A stretch of DNA of 64,000 nucleotides from an uncultured Actinomycetota bacterium (GTDB lineage Bacteria > Actinomycetota > Actinomycetes > Actinomycetales > CAWJMD01). Shown here piece by piece: positions 28,103-37,825 of this stretch. The position numbers were made by a program, and so were the translations under genes. The notes under the pieces were generated by a model, which worked only from the letters and a program-made list of their open reading frames with translations, had not been told where the DNA came from and did no database searches. Location of the stretch: the NCBI GenBank assembly GCA_963843835.1, contig CAWJMD010000008.1, forward strand, positions 388,043 through 452,042, written 5' to 3'. Numbering within the stretch: the stretch's first letter is position 1; each line of letters begins with the position of its first letter.

Positions 28103-29301
28103 CGGGCGAGCGCGCAGATCCCGGCGGTGGGTCGCCCTGGCGCCCCGACACCGTTGCCGTGCGCGGTGGTCTCAGCCGCTCCGGGTTCGACGAGACCGCG
28201 GAGGCCCTGTACCTGACCTCGGGGTACGTCTACCCGTCCGCGGCCGACGCGGAGGCGGCGTTCGCCGGCGACGTCGACCGCTTCATCTACTCGCGCTACG
28301 GCAACCCGACCGTCGAGATGTTCGCCGAGCGGCTGCGGCTGCTGGAGGGGGCGGAGGCGTGCTTCCCGACGGCCTCCGGCATGGCGGCGGTGTTCACCGG
28401 CCTCGGTGCGCTGCTGGCGGCGGGGGACCGGGTGGTGGCGGCACGGAGCCTGTTCGGTTCGTGCTTCGTCATCCTCGACGAGATCCTGCCGCGCTGGGGC
28501 GTCACCACGGAGTTCGTCGACGGAGCCGACACGGCGCAGTGGGAGAAGGCCCTGTCGACGCCCGCGGCCGCGGTGTTCTTCGAGTCACCGTCCAACCCCA
28601 TGCAGGAGATCGTGGACGTGCGTGCCGTCTGCGACATGGCCCACGCGGCCGGTGCCCAGGTGGTCGTCGACAACGTGTTCGCGACGCCGGTGCTCCAGCG
28701 TCCGCTGGAGCTGGGCGCCGACATCGTCATCTACTCGGCGACCAAGCACATCGACGGGCAGGGGCGCACGCTCGGCGGCGCGATCCTCGGCCCGAAGGAG
28801 TTCGTGCGCGGCCCCGTCGAGAACCTCATGCGGCACACCGGGCCGTCGATGAGCCCGTTCAACGCGTGGGTGCTGGTGAAGGGCCTGGAGACGCTCGCCA
28901 TGCGCGTGCGCCACGCCCAGGCGTCGGCGCTGCGGATCGGGGAGTTCCTGGAGCGGCACCAGCGGGTCGAGTGGGTCCGCTACCCGTTCCTGCCGTCGCA
29001 CCCGCAGTACGACCTGGCCCGGTCCCAGATGGACGGGGGCGGCACGGTGCTGACGTTCGAGGTCTCGGGCGGCAAGGACGCGGCGTTCGCCGTGCTCGAC
29101 GCACTCCGGATCGTCGACATCTCCAACAACCTCGGTGACTCCAAGTCCCTGGTGACCCACCCCGCGACCACCACGCACCGTCGGCTGGGCGTCGAGGGGC
29201 GGCGCGCCGTCGGCATCACCGACGGCGTCGTCCGGGTCTCCGTGGGCCTGGAGGACGTGGACGACCTGCTCGACGACCTCGACCAGGCTCTGGCCCGGTG
29301 A
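28099..29301 (+). CDS. metZ: O-succinylhomoserine sulfhydrylase / Cys-Met-metabolism PLP enzyme
   Basis: PLP-lysine context YSATKHIDGQGR, plus SRYGNPTV and FESPSNP. GTG 28099 overlaps the rhodanese stop (GTGA). Confidence 0.85.
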   Translation: MTGERADPGGGSPWRPDTVAVRGGLSRSGFDETAEALYLTSGYVYPSAADAEAAFAGDVDRFIYSRYGNPTVEMFAERLRLLEGAEACFPTASGMAAVFTGLGALLAAGDRVVAARSLFGSCFVILDEILPRWGVTTEFVDGADTAQWEKALSTPAAAVFFESPSNPMQEIVDVRAVCDMAHAAGAQVVVDNVFATPVLQRPLELGADIVIYSATKHIDGQGRTLGGAILGPKEFVRGPVENLMRHTGPSMSPFNAWVLVKGLETLAMRVRHAQASALRIGEFLERHQRVEWVRYPFLPSHPQYDLARSQMDGGGTVLTFEVSGGKDAAFAVLDALRIVDISNNLGDSKSLVTHPATTTHRRLGVEGRRAVGITDGVVRVSVGLEDVDDLLDDLDQALAR

Positions 29302-29458
29302 CCGCCGGTCCCGCCTCGTCCAGCCGCTGCCGCAGGCGGTCGCGGACGTCGTCGGGGCTGAGCGCGCGCCGACGCCGCTCGTCCCGGGCGATCACGGCTC
29401 CGGTCGCGGCCACCCCGGCCAGGCCCGCGAGCCCGAGGAGCTTCCACCTGTTCATCAT
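29216..29458 (-). CDS. possible small membrane protein (80 aa)
   Basis: ATGATG start; MMNRWKLLGLAGLAGVAATGAVIA forms one TM helix. However, the Arg/Pro-rich tail overlaps the 3' end of metZ by 85 nt. Weak call. Confidence 0.3.
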   Translation of the reverse strand: MMNRWKLLGLAGLAGVAATGAVIARDERRRRALSPDDVRDRLRQRLDEAGPAVTGPEPGRGRRAGRPRPPGPRRPGRRRR

Positions 29459-29476
29459 CGCCCTCCCCTCGCCGTC

Positions 29477-30115
29477 ATGTCGCTGACCCTCGACGAGGCC
29501 GTCGACCTGACGCGGACCGGCGACCTCTGGCTGTTCCGGGGACGCAGCCCCGCCGACCACGCTATCCGCACGCTGACCAACGCCCCGGTCAACCACGTCG
29601 GGATGGCCGTGGTGCTCGAGGACCTCCCACCGCTGATGTGGCACGCCGAGCTCGGCCGGTCGCTGCCCGACGTCTGGAGCGGGTCGCACCACCGCGGCGT
29701 GCAGCTGCACGACCTGCGTGACGCGGTGCTCGTGTGGTCGGACCGGTACGGGCAGAAGGCCTGGGTGCGGCAGCTGCTCACACCCGTGACACCGGCGATG
29801 GAGGACGACGTGCTGCGCGTGGTCGCGAGGATGGACGGCACGCCGTTCCCCAGCACCCTCTCGCTGGCGGGCCGGTGGGCGAGGGGCCGCGTCCGGCGGC
29901 CCGCCCCGGTGGAGACGACGTACTGCGCCGAGGTCGTCGCTGCCACCTACCAGGCGATGGGCCTGCTGCCGCCCGACCGTCCGACCAACTCCTACGACCC
30001 CGGCAGCTTCTGGAGCGGGGACGGCCTCGAGCTCGCCGGCGGCGGCCGGCTCGGAGACGAGATCGCCGTGGACGTCCGCGCCGCCGGGCCTGCCCCGGAT
30101 GACCGCCTCACCTGA
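29477..30115 (+). CDS. permuted papain-like (NlpC/P60 superfamily, YiiX/C92-like) protein
   Basis: His precedes Cys: GDLWLFRGRS...NHVGMAVV ... TTYCAEVVAATYQ. This order matches the permuted C92 arrangement. Confidence 0.6.
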   Translation: MSLTLDEAVDLTRTGDLWLFRGRSPADHAIRTLTNAPVNHVGMAVVLEDLPPLMWHAELGRSLPDVWSGSHHRGVQLHDLRDAVLVWSDRYGQKAWVRQLLTPVTPAMEDDVLRVVARMDGTPFPSTLSLAGRWARGRVRRPAPVETTYCAEVVAATYQAMGLLPPDRPTNSYDPGSFWSGDGLELAGGGRLGDEIAVDVRAAGPAPDDRLT

Positions 30116-30881
30116 CGACCACGTCCAGCCGGTGGCTCCCGTCCCGACCGGGGCGCGAGAGCTCGACCTCGAACGCCTCGCCCACCGCCGACGCGAGCGC
30201 GGACGCGGTGCGCGGGTCGCGACCGGCACGGGAGACGAGGTGCCGGGCGACGAGCCCGCGCGTGTGCTTGGCCATGTGGGAGACCACGGTGCGTCGGCCG
30301 CCCTCGTCGCGCAGCACCCTGACGGTGACGGTGCGCTCGGCCACCGGACCCTCGGGCTTCCACGCGGCCGCGTAGGTGGACGACCGGCAGTCGACCACCA
30401 GGCCGGTCGCCAGCGGCGGAAGTGCCGCGGCCAGCCGGGGCCGCCAGAAGGCCGCGAGGGCACCCAGCCCCGGCAGTGAGGTCCCCATCGACAGCCGGTA
30501 CGGCGGCACGCGGTCGTCCGGCCGCAGGGCGCCCCAGGCTGCCGAGACGACCAGCAGTCGTGCCGTCGCGCGACGCCGGGCTCCTGCCGGGAGGGCGGCC
30601 AGGCCGAGGGCGTCGTAGAGGACGCCGCTGTAGAGGGCCGCGACCGGGACGGCGGGCTCGGTGGCCCAGCGGGTGTTGCGCACCAGCTCGGGGGCGAGCG
30701 CGTCGCTCACGCCGAGGACCCGGTGCCCGTCCGCGGTCGCGGAGACCCTCGCCAGCACCTCGAGCACGCGGGAGCGGGCTGTGGTCAGCTCGGGGAGGTG
30801 CAGCGCGCCGAGGTCGACGGGCCGACCCCGGACGCGACCGGACTTGCCCTCCGAGGGCGGCAGCAGCACGAGCACGCGCAC
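30108..30881 (-). CDS. yaaA: YaaA-family peroxide stress protein (DUF328)
   Basis: N-terminus LLPPSEGK, YSGVLYDAL, and the C-terminal VSHMAKHTRG motif. Confidence 0.85.
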   Translation of the reverse strand: MRVLVLLPPSEGKSGRVRGRPVDLGALHLPELTTARSRVLEVLARVSATADGHRVLGVSDALAPELVRNTRWATEPAVPVAALYSGVLYDALGLAALPAGARRRATARLLVVSAAWGALRPDDRVPPYRLSMGTSLPGLGALAAFWRPRLAAALPPLATGLVVDCRSSTYAAAWKPEGPVAERTVTVRVLRDEGGRRTVVSHMAKHTRGLVARHLVSRAGRDPRTASALASAVGEAFEVELSRPGRDGSHRLDVVVR

Positions 30882-30943
30882 AGCGTAGGCACGCCGTCAC
30901 GGACCTCCTGCCGCGGACCGCCGCCGTGCGTAGGGTGTCGCGC

Positions 30944-32383
30944 ATGACACACCCCCAGACGATCCTTCCGGCGAGGCTCGAGGCGCCGCTGGAGGCTCTG
31001 ATGACCGAGCTGGGGACGCCGGGGGAGTTCGCACCCGACGTCGTCGCCGACGCCGAGCGGTCGGTGGCCGAGCCCGACCTGCCCGACACGGACTGGACCG
31101 ACGTCCCCTTCGTGACGATCGACCCTCCGGAGTCGATGGACCTCGACCAGGCCCTGCACCTGGAGCGCCGGGAGAACGGCTTCAGGGTCAGGTACGCGAT
31201 CGCCGACGTCGCCGCGTTCGTCCGGCCCGGCTCGCCGGTCGACGAGGAGGCACGCCGCCGCGGGCAGACCCTCTACGCGCCGCACCGGCGGATCCCGCTG
31301 CACCCACCGGTGCTGAGCGAGGGGTCCGCCAGCCTGCTGCCCGGCGAGGTGCGTCCCGCCTACGTGTGGGTGATCGACCTCGACGCCGACGCGGAGACGG
31401 TGGCCGTCGACGTGCGGCGCGCGATGGTGCGCAGCCGCGAGCGCTACTCGTACCAGATGGTGCAGGCGGACCACGACGCCGGAGAGATGCCCGAGCCCTT
31501 CGCCCTGCTCCCGGAGGTCGGCCGCGCACTGGTCGCCCAGGAGCAGTCGCGCGGCGGCGCGGCCCTCGAGATCCCCGACCAGGAGGTGCGAGAGCTCGAC
31601 GGTGGCTTCGAGCTGCGGTACCGCCCGAAGTCCGACGTCGAGGACTGGAACGCGCACCTCTCCCTGCTGACCGGGATGGCTGCGGCGGACCTGATGCTGG
31701 CCGGCGGCGTCGGCATCCTGCGGACGATGCCCGCGCCCGACGAGCGGACCACTGCCAGGTTCCGACGCCAGGCCAAGGCCCTCGGCGCTCCGTGGGTCGC
31801 GGAGCAGTCCCTGGGTGACTTCCTCCGGTCCCTCGACCCCGGGGACCCGCAGCAGCTGGCGGTGCTGCACGAGTCGGCGGCACTGTTCCGCGGCGCCGGC
31901 TACACCCCGTTCGAGGGGGCGGTGCCCGAGCAGGTGGTGCAGTCGGCCGTCGCGGCCGAGTACGCGCACGTCACCGCGCCGTTGCGTCGGCTCGTGGACC
32001 GCTTCGGCCTGGTGGTCTGCGACGCCATGTGCCGCGACACCGAGGTGCCCGACTGGGTGCGCCAGGCGCTGCCCCAGCTGCCGGAGATCATGGCCGCCTC
32101 GGACCGGCTCGCCGGGACGCTGGAGCGCCAGACCGTGGGCATGGTCGAGGCGGCCGTGCTGGAGACCAGGGTCGGCGAGGTCTTCGACGCGGTCGTCGTC
32201 GACCTGGACGAGAAGCGTCAGGGCGACGGCCCGAACGGGAACGGCGGCGGGGAGGTGCAGCTGCAGGACCCGGCGGTGACGGCCCCGTGCTCGGGCGACC
32301 TGCGCCTGGGTGCGCAGGTGCGCGTGCGCCTGGAGGAGGCCGACGTCGCGAGCCGCCGGGTGCGCTTCACCGTGGTCGGCTGA
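30944..32383 (+). CDS. RNB domain-containing ribonuclease (RNase II/R family)
   Basis: ATG 30944 within ORF 30422..32383. Motifs IDPPESMDLDQAL, YAIADVAAFV and HVTAPLRRLVD. Confidence 0.8.
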   Translation: MTHPQTILPARLEAPLEALMTELGTPGEFAPDVVADAERSVAEPDLPDTDWTDVPFVTIDPPESMDLDQALHLERRENGFRVRYAIADVAAFVRPGSPVDEEARRRGQTLYAPHRRIPLHPPVLSEGSASLLPGEVRPAYVWVIDLDADAETVAVDVRRAMVRSRERYSYQMVQADHDAGEMPEPFALLPEVGRALVAQEQSRGGAALEIPDQEVRELDGGFELRYRPKSDVEDWNAHLSLLTGMAAADLMLAGGVGILRTMPAPDERTTARFRRQAKALGAPWVAEQSLGDFLRSLDPGDPQQLAVLHESAALFRGAGYTPFEGAVPEQVVQSAVAAEYAHVTAPLRRLVDRFGLVVCDAMCRDTEVPDWVRQALPQLPEIMAASDRLAGTLERQTVGMVEAAVLETRVGEVFDAVVVDLDEKRQGDGPNGNGGGEVQLQDPAVTAPCSGDLRLGAQVRVRLEEADVASRRVRFTVVG

Positions 32384-32411
32384 CGGGCCGGGTCGGGAGT
32401 ACGCTGAGCGC

Positions 32412-32817
32412 GCGGACGAGCCAACCGGGCGGCCGCGTCGAGATCCTGGAGACAGGGGCTCGCCGAGGAACGTCCGGGCTCCGCAGGGCAGGGTGGTGGG
32501 TAACACCCACCCGGGGTGACCCGCGGGACAGTGCCACAGAGAACAGACCGCCACGGCGGGGCCGTCGAGAGGCGGCGCCGGCGCGGCAAGGGTGAAACGG
32601 TGGTGTAAGAGACCACCAGCACCTCCGGTGACGGAGGTGGCTCGGTAAACCCCACCCGGAGCAAGGTCAGACAGGAAGCGTCCGAGGGCTGCCCGCCCGA
32701 GCTTCCGGGTAGACCGCTGGAGGCGTGCGGCAACGTACGTCCTAGATGGATGGTCGCCACCCGCCACCGGGTGACCGGTGCGGGGACAGAACCCGGCGTA
32801 CAGGTTGGCTCGTCCGC
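32412..32817 (+). ncRNA. rnpB: RNase P RNA, bacterial type A
   Basis: P1 pairing GCGGACGAGCCAACC / GGTTGGCTCGTCCGC. Conserved blocks GAGGAACGTCCGGGCTCC, ACAGTGCCACAGAGAAC, GGTGAAACGG, GGTAAACCCCACC and ACAGAACCCGGCGTACAG. Confidence 0.9.
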
Positions 32818-32991
32818 ACCCCCGGGTCGCCGCTCACGAGGCAGGCGCCGGGACCGCCGAGCAGGCGGTTCGGAATCTCCCGAAGAAACTTCGCCGAGAC
32901 CCCTCAAGGTTTCCGCGAAGCGTGCCGACAACAGCCTCACGGCGCCGATCCAGGGGTGGACTGGCCAGTTGAACCGGGATGGACGGATCTG

Positions 32992-33780
32992 ATGCGACAG
33001 CGAGTGGTGCTGGCCCCGCGCAATGCGGGTGAGGCGGTGGCAGTGGCGGTCTCCGCCGTGCTGATCGCCGGCAGCGTCGTCGCCGTCATCCAGCGCGACA
33101 CCCCGCAGCCCCAGCCCGTGCCCGCGTCGGTCGTCGCCACCCGTGACGTCCGCACCGTCTCCACGCCCGGGCAGATGGATCGGGTCGAGATCGGCGTGGA
33201 CGGATCCCGCCTGCCTCGCGTCCCCGTCTTCGTCGAGGAGGCCCCCAAGGTCCTCGCGAACCCCATCACCCGGCAGGTCGGCCCGCGCACGCAGCAGCGG
33301 TCCACGAACCCCTCGGCGAGCGCGCCCCTGCTGGAGGGCCTCGGGCCGTCCCAGCCGGTACCGACCCCGAGCGGCGTGAGCATCGTGCAGGACTTCCCGG
33401 TGCCGCTCCCGCCCGCGTCGACCGCGACCCCCTCGGAAACGCCCTCGAGCAGCCCGACGACGACCACGCCGACGACCGCGCCGACGTCGCCCGCGTCGAC
33501 CACATCGGCCTCCCCCGCGGCGACCACGCCGCCACCGGCCCCGTCTCCCAGCGGGACTCCTGCGTCCTCGCCGACGACCAACGCCTCGCCGGCGCCGGAG
33601 GGGACTCCGGCGACGGGTTCGTCCTCGGTGCTGCAGACCCCGCCGGCGACGGCGGTGCCGCCGCCGAGCGCGTCGCCCACGCCGGCGCCGCCGCCGGGAA
33701 CGGCTCCGACTCCCCAGGGCGGGGCGCCGTCCGGTGGAGGGATGGGCGAGCCGACGCCCCAGTCGTCGTCCGGCAACTGA
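32992..33780 (+). CDS. membrane-anchored Pro/Thr/Ser-rich protein
   Basis: ATG 32992. One N-terminal TM segment (AVAVAVSAVLIAGSVVAVI) and a long low-complexity PTS-rich C-terminus. Confidence 0.6.
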   Translation: MRQRVVLAPRNAGEAVAVAVSAVLIAGSVVAVIQRDTPQPQPVPASVVATRDVRTVSTPGQMDRVEIGVDGSRLPRVPVFVEEAPKVLANPITRQVGPRTQQRSTNPSASAPLLEGLGPSQPVPTPSGVSIVQDFPVPLPPASTATPSETPSSSPTTTTPTTAPTSPASTTSASPAATTPPPAPSPSGTPASSPTTNASPAPEGTPATGSSSVLQTPPATAVPPPSASPTPAPPPGTAPTPQGGAPSGGGMGEPTPQSSSGN

Positions 33781-33810
33781 GGCCGTCGGGACCGCAGGCT
33801 GCCGCGTAGG

Positions 33811-34725
33811 TCAGGGCAGGGTCAGGATCTCCGGGCCGGACTCGGTCACCAGGATCGTGTGCTCGAACTGCGCCGTGCGCAGGCGGTCCTTCGTCACCAC
33901 CGTCCAGCCGTCGTCCCACATGTCCCACTCGCGGGTCCCGAGGGTGAGCATCGGCTCGACGGTGAACGTCATGCCCACCTCGATCACGTCGGAGTGCCGG
34001 GGTGCGGCGTCGAAGTGGGGGATGATCAGGCCGGAGTGGAACGCCGTGCCGATGCCGTGTCCGGTGAAGTCGTGGACGGTGTCGAGCCCGTTCCTGCGCG
34101 CGTAGGACTCGATCACCTTGCCGATGACGTTGACCTGGCGCCCCGGCAGGGCAGCACGGATGCCGCGCATCGTCGCCGCCTCCGCGTGCTCGACCAGCGC
34201 CCGGGTCTGGGGGTCGGGCTCGCCCGCGAAGAAGGTCGCGTTCGTGTCCCCGTGCACCCCGCCGATGTAGGCCGTGATGTCGATGTTGCAGAGGTCGCCG
34301 TCCACGAGGACGGTCGAGTCCGGGATGCCGTGGCAGACGACCTCGTTCACCGAGGAGCACAGGGACTTCGGGAAGCCCTTGTAGCCCAGGGTGGACGGGT
34401 AGGCGCCGTGGTCGAGCAGGAACTCGTGACCGATGCGGTCGAGCTCGTCGGTGGTCACGCCCGGGACGATGTGGCGACCGACCTCAGCGAGGGCCTGCGC
34501 CGCGATGCGACCCGCGATCCGCATCCGCTCGATGGTCTCGTCGTCCTTGACGTCCGGCCCCGGGTCGGCCGACGGTGCGGGCCGGTCGACGTACTCGGGC
34601 CGGGGGATCGAGGCGGGCACCGGACGTCGGGGGCTCACCCGTCCGGGCGTCAGGGTGCCGACGGGTGCGGTCTCGGAGAAGGAACCGACGTGCGGGGGCG
34701 TGCCGGTGCTGGTGCTGGACGACAT
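33811..34725 (-). CDS. map: type I methionyl aminopeptidase (with N-terminal extension)
   Basis: [26 protein letters not shown] and FTVEP metal-ligand motifs. Confidence 0.95.
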   Translation of the reverse strand: MSSSTSTGTPPHVGSFSETAPVGTLTPGRVSPRRPVPASIPRPEYVDRPAPSADPGPDVKDDETIERMRIAGRIAAQALAEVGRHIVPGVTTDELDRIGHEFLLDHGAYPSTLGYKGFPKSLCSSVNEVVCHGIPDSTVLVDGDLCNIDITAYIGGVHGDTNATFFAGEPDPQTRALVEHAEAATMRGIRAALPGRQVNVIGKVIESYARRNGLDTVHDFTGHGIGTAFHSGLIIPHFDAAPRHSDVIEVGMTFTVEPMLTLGTREWDMWDDGWTVVTKDRLRTAQFEHTILVTESGPEILTLP

Positions 34726-34816
34726 GCCCCGAGTCTAGGTGTGCGTCGGCAGGGCGGATGGGGCAGCATCGGGTCCGTCCGGGGGTTCCCCGGGGCGGAC
34801 CACCACGGAGGCTGAC

Positions 34817-35014
34817 GTGACCGAGTACTGGTTCAACACGCGCACGCGGCAGGTCGAGGAGGGCCACCAGAGCGACTGGGCGAACCTGATGGGTCCGTAC
34901 CCGACGCGTGCCGACGCGGAGCGCGCGCTCGACAAGGCCCGGGAGAATACCGAGCGCTGGGACCGCGAGGACAAGGAGTGGCAGGACCGCACCTGGGACG
35001 ACTCGGAGGACTGA
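34817..35014 (+). CDS. small conserved hypothetical protein (65 aa)
   Basis: GTG 34817 follows GGAGG. VTEYWFNTRTRQVEEGHQSDWANLMGPYPTRADAERAL... Confidence 0.55.
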   Translation: MTEYWFNTRTRQVEEGHQSDWANLMGPYPTRADAERALDKARENTERWDREDKEWQDRTWDDSED

Positions 35015-35015
35015 C

Positions 35016-36614
35016 TCAGCGACCGAGGACCGCCATCGCCGCGTTGCGGCCCGGAACGGCACTCACGCCGCCACCCCGGCGGGCGCCGGCTCCGCACAGG
35101 AGCACGCGGGCGTGGTCGGTGGCGACCCCCCACCGCGCCGCGGGACCGGCGGAGCGCCCGATCTCGGCGGGGTCGTCGACGAAAGGCCACTGCAGAGGAC
35201 GCTGGAAGATGTTGCCGCCGGGCAGCCCGACGTCGGCCTGCACGTCGAGGGGGGTGCGGACCTCGAGGCAGGGCCTACCGTCGGGGTCGGTGAGCAGCAC
35301 GTCGGTGAGCGGCTCGGCCAGCACGCTGTCGAGCGACGCGAGGGTCGCCTTGAGGGCACGCTCGCGCGCCCCGTCGTTGTCGGCCTCGAAGAGCCGGGAC
35401 GGCATGTGCAGGCCGAACAGCGTGAGCGTGGCCGCGCCGCTGGCGCGCAGGTCGGGGCCGAGGATCGTGTCGTCCGAGAGCGAGTGGCAGTAGATCTCGC
35501 ACGGGGGGACGTCGGGGATCTGACCCGCCTCGGCCTGCTCGTAGGCGCGCTGCAGCTGGGTCGCGGTCTCGTTGATGTGGAAGGTGCCCGAGAACGCCGC
35601 CACGGGGTCGACGTTCTCGCGCAGGCGGGGGAGCCGGCGCAGCAGCATGTTGATCTTGAGCTGGGCGCCCTCGACCGGGTCGCCGGGCGGGTCGCCCAGC
35701 AGCCGGGCGAGGGTGGACGGGGCGCAGCCGGCCAGCACCCGCTCGGCGCCCACGCGGTGCTCGGCGCCGTCGGCGCCGCTCCACGTCACCTCGGCAGGGC
35801 TCGACGCCGAGCCGGGGTCGACGGCGGTCACGCGGGCGTCGGTGAGCAGGGTCGCCCCGGCGTCGCGGGCAGCCCGCTCCAGCGCGCCGCTGACGGCGCC
35901 CATGCCCCCGACGGGGACGTCCCAGTCGCCTGTGCCGCCGCCGATCACGTGGTAGAGGAAGCAGATGTTCTGCTGCAGGGAGGCGTCGTCACCGGCCGCG
36001 AAGGTGCCGATGAGCGCGTCGGTCAGCACGACGCCGCGCACGGTGTCGTTGCCGAACCGCTCGGTGACGACCTCGCCCAGCGGACGGGTGAACAGGTCGC
36101 GCCAGGCCGTCTCGTCGTCGACCACGGCCTTCAGCTGGTCGGCGGTGCGGAGCGGCTCGGTCATCGTGGGGAAGACGCGCTTCGCGACGCGTCCGGTCAT
36201 CTCGTAGAAGTCGTTCCAGGCGTGGTGGTCGGTGTCGGAGCCGGTGATCGAACGGAACGAGGCTGCCGTGGCGGCGTCGTCGCCGTTGTCCACCAGCAGT
36301 CCGAGGCCCTCCGGGTGCCCGGGGACGGGCGTGTACGAGGAGTACCGGCGCCGCTTCAGCCGCACCGTCAGTCCGAGCTCCTCGACGATCGTGCGGGGGA
36401 GCAGCGACACCAGGTACGAGTAGCGCGACAGGCGGGCGTCGACGCCGTCGAAGACCTGGGCCGACACCGCCGCGCCGCCGACGTGGTCGAGCGCCTCGAG
36501 CAGCAGGACGCTCTTGCCTGCGCGCGCCAGGTACGCGGACGCGGCCAGGCCGTTGTGGCCGCCCCCGACGACGACGGCGTCGTAGCTCGGCGGCAGATCC
36601 TGTGCGGCACTCAT
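35016..36614 (-). CDS. NAD(P)/FAD-dependent oxidoreductase (phytoene-desaturase family)
   Basis: N-terminal dinucleotide fold YDAVVVGGGHNGLAASAYLARAG. 532 aa. Confidence 0.8.
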   Translation of the reverse strand: MSAAQDLPPSYDAVVVGGGHNGLAASAYLARAGKSVLLLEALDHVGGAAVSAQVFDGVDARLSRYSYLVSLLPRTIVEELGLTVRLKRRRYSSYTPVPGHPEGLGLLVDNGDDAATAASFRSITGSDTDHHAWNDFYEMTGRVAKRVFPTMTEPLRTADQLKAVVDDETAWRDLFTRPLGEVVTERFGNDTVRGVVLTDALIGTFAAGDDASLQQNICFLYHVIGGGTGDWDVPVGGMGAVSGALERAARDAGATLLTDARVTAVDPGSASSPAEVTWSGADGAEHRVGAERVLAGCAPSTLARLLGDPPGDPVEGAQLKINMLLRRLPRLRENVDPVAAFSGTFHINETATQLQRAYEQAEAGQIPDVPPCEIYCHSLSDDTILGPDLRASGAATLTLFGLHMPSRLFEADNDGARERALKATLASLDSVLAEPLTDVLLTDPDGRPCLEVRTPLDVQADVGLPGGNIFQRPLQWPFVDDPAEIGRSAGPAARWGVATDHARVLLCGAGARRGGGVSAVPGRNAAMAVLGR

Positions 36615-37612
36615 CGGGTCACCTTCGGCAGCACGTCACGTCCGAAGACCTCGATCCACTCGGCCTGGTTGCGGCCGACGTTGTGGAGGTAGATCCGGTC
36701 GAACCCGAGGTCGGCGAACTTCTGGATCGCGGAACGGTGCACGTCGGGGTCGGAGGAGATCACCATGCGTCCCTCGAAGTCCTCCGGCCGCACGAGAGCC
36801 GCCATCGCCGCGAAGTCGTGAGGACTGCGGATGTCGGCCTTGCCGAACTTCATCCCGCCATTGGGCCACTGGTCCAGCGCGTTCGCAAGGGCCTGTTCGT
36901 CCGTCTCCGCCCACGACATGTGCAGCTGCAGGACCTTCGGCATGGCGTCCGGGTCCTTGCCGGCCTTGCGGGCTCCCTCGGCGAACCTGCCGAAGAGCAT
37001 GTCGATCTTCTCCAGCGGAGCCCCGACGGTGATCATCCCGTCGGCGAACTGGCCGGTCTTGCGTGCGTTGACGGGGCCGGCGGTGGCGACCAGGATCGGC
37101 GGCGCCTTCTCCGGCATCGTCCAGAGCCGTGCCGTCTCGTGCTTGAAGAAGTCGCCCGAGAACTTCGTGTCCTTGCCCTCCAGCGAGGCGTCGAACAGCT
37201 GCCGGATGAGCCGGATCGCCTCCCACATCCGCGACGACCGCTCGCCGGCCTCGGGCCAGTAGCCGGGCACGACGTGCTCGTTGAGAGCCTCGCCGGTGCC
37301 GAGACCGAGCCAGCTGCGGCCGGGGTACATCGCCTCCAGCGTCGCGGCGGCCTGGGCCACGATCACGGGGTGGAAGCGGAAGCTCGGGCAGGTGACGCCC
37401 GGACCGAGGTCACCCTTGGTGCGCTCGCCGACCGCCGTGAGGACGTTCCAGACGAACGACGCCTGCCCTTGGGCCGGTACCCAGGGCTGGAAGTGGTCGG
37501 CCGCCATGCACCCCGAGAACCCGTGCTGCTCGGCCAGAGCCGTCAGCTGCACGCACTCGGTGGGGTGGAACTGCTCCAGCATCGCCGCGTACCCGAAGGC
37601 CTGGGAACCCAT
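36611..37612 (-). CDS. LLM-class F420-dependent oxidoreductase (G6PDH-family type)
   Basis: 333 aa. FGYAAMLEQFHP...DHFQPW...LGLGTGEALNE matches the luciferase-like F420 G6PDH-family pattern. A 4-nt overlap links it to the downstream gene. Confidence 0.8.
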   Translation of the reverse strand: MGSQAFGYAAMLEQFHPTECVQLTALAEQHGFSGCMAADHFQPWVPAQGQASFVWNVLTAVGERTKGDLGPGVTCPSFRFHPVIVAQAAATLEAMYPGRSWLGLGTGEALNEHVVPGYWPEAGERSSRMWEAIRLIRQLFDASLEGKDTKFSGDFFKHETARLWTMPEKAPPILVATAGPVNARKTGQFADGMITVGAPLEKIDMLFGRFAEGARKAGKDPDAMPKVLQLHMSWAETDEQALANALDQWPNGGMKFGKADIRSPHDFAAMAALVRPEDFEGRMVISSDPDVHRSAIQKFADLGFDRIYLHNVGRNQAEWIEVFGRDVLPKVTR

Positions 37613-37825
37613 GGGGCGACCCTAGTGCGGGCGGGAGTGGCGGCGGCTGACAGGTCCTCCCGCGTGCTCCCCTCGTCGCCGTGAGTCAGCCGGGGTGGGA
37701 CCTGGGTGGGCTTGCCGATCCCGGTGCCACCGCTGGCGAACCGACGAACGTTCGGCTCTTCCGCGATGAACCACGGACGGGCACCATGATCGGGAGGGCC
37801 TGAGGTCCTCTCATCGAGGTGTCGC

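Noticed and set aside
29298-29486. ORF 29298..29486 (+) 62 aa downstream of metZ.
   Set aside because: Its composition is Arg/Ser/Pro-rich nonsense. The opposite strand encodes a more plausible, though still weak, small TM protein.
32029-32940. ORFs 32029..32595 (+), 32218..32940 (-), 32310..32519 (+) and the 5' part of 32746..33780 (+).
   Set aside because: They overlap the RNase P RNA (32412-32817), whose conserved sequence blocks and P1 pairing are unambiguous. The only coding part kept starts at ATG 32992.
37745-37754. The 10-bp palindrome CGAACGTTCG in the divergent promoter region between the F420 oxidoreductase and the ICL/PEP-mutase genes, as a possible operator.
   Set aside because: It is short, a single copy, its flanks do not extend the symmetry, and no regulator gene is adjacent. 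It could easily arise by chance.
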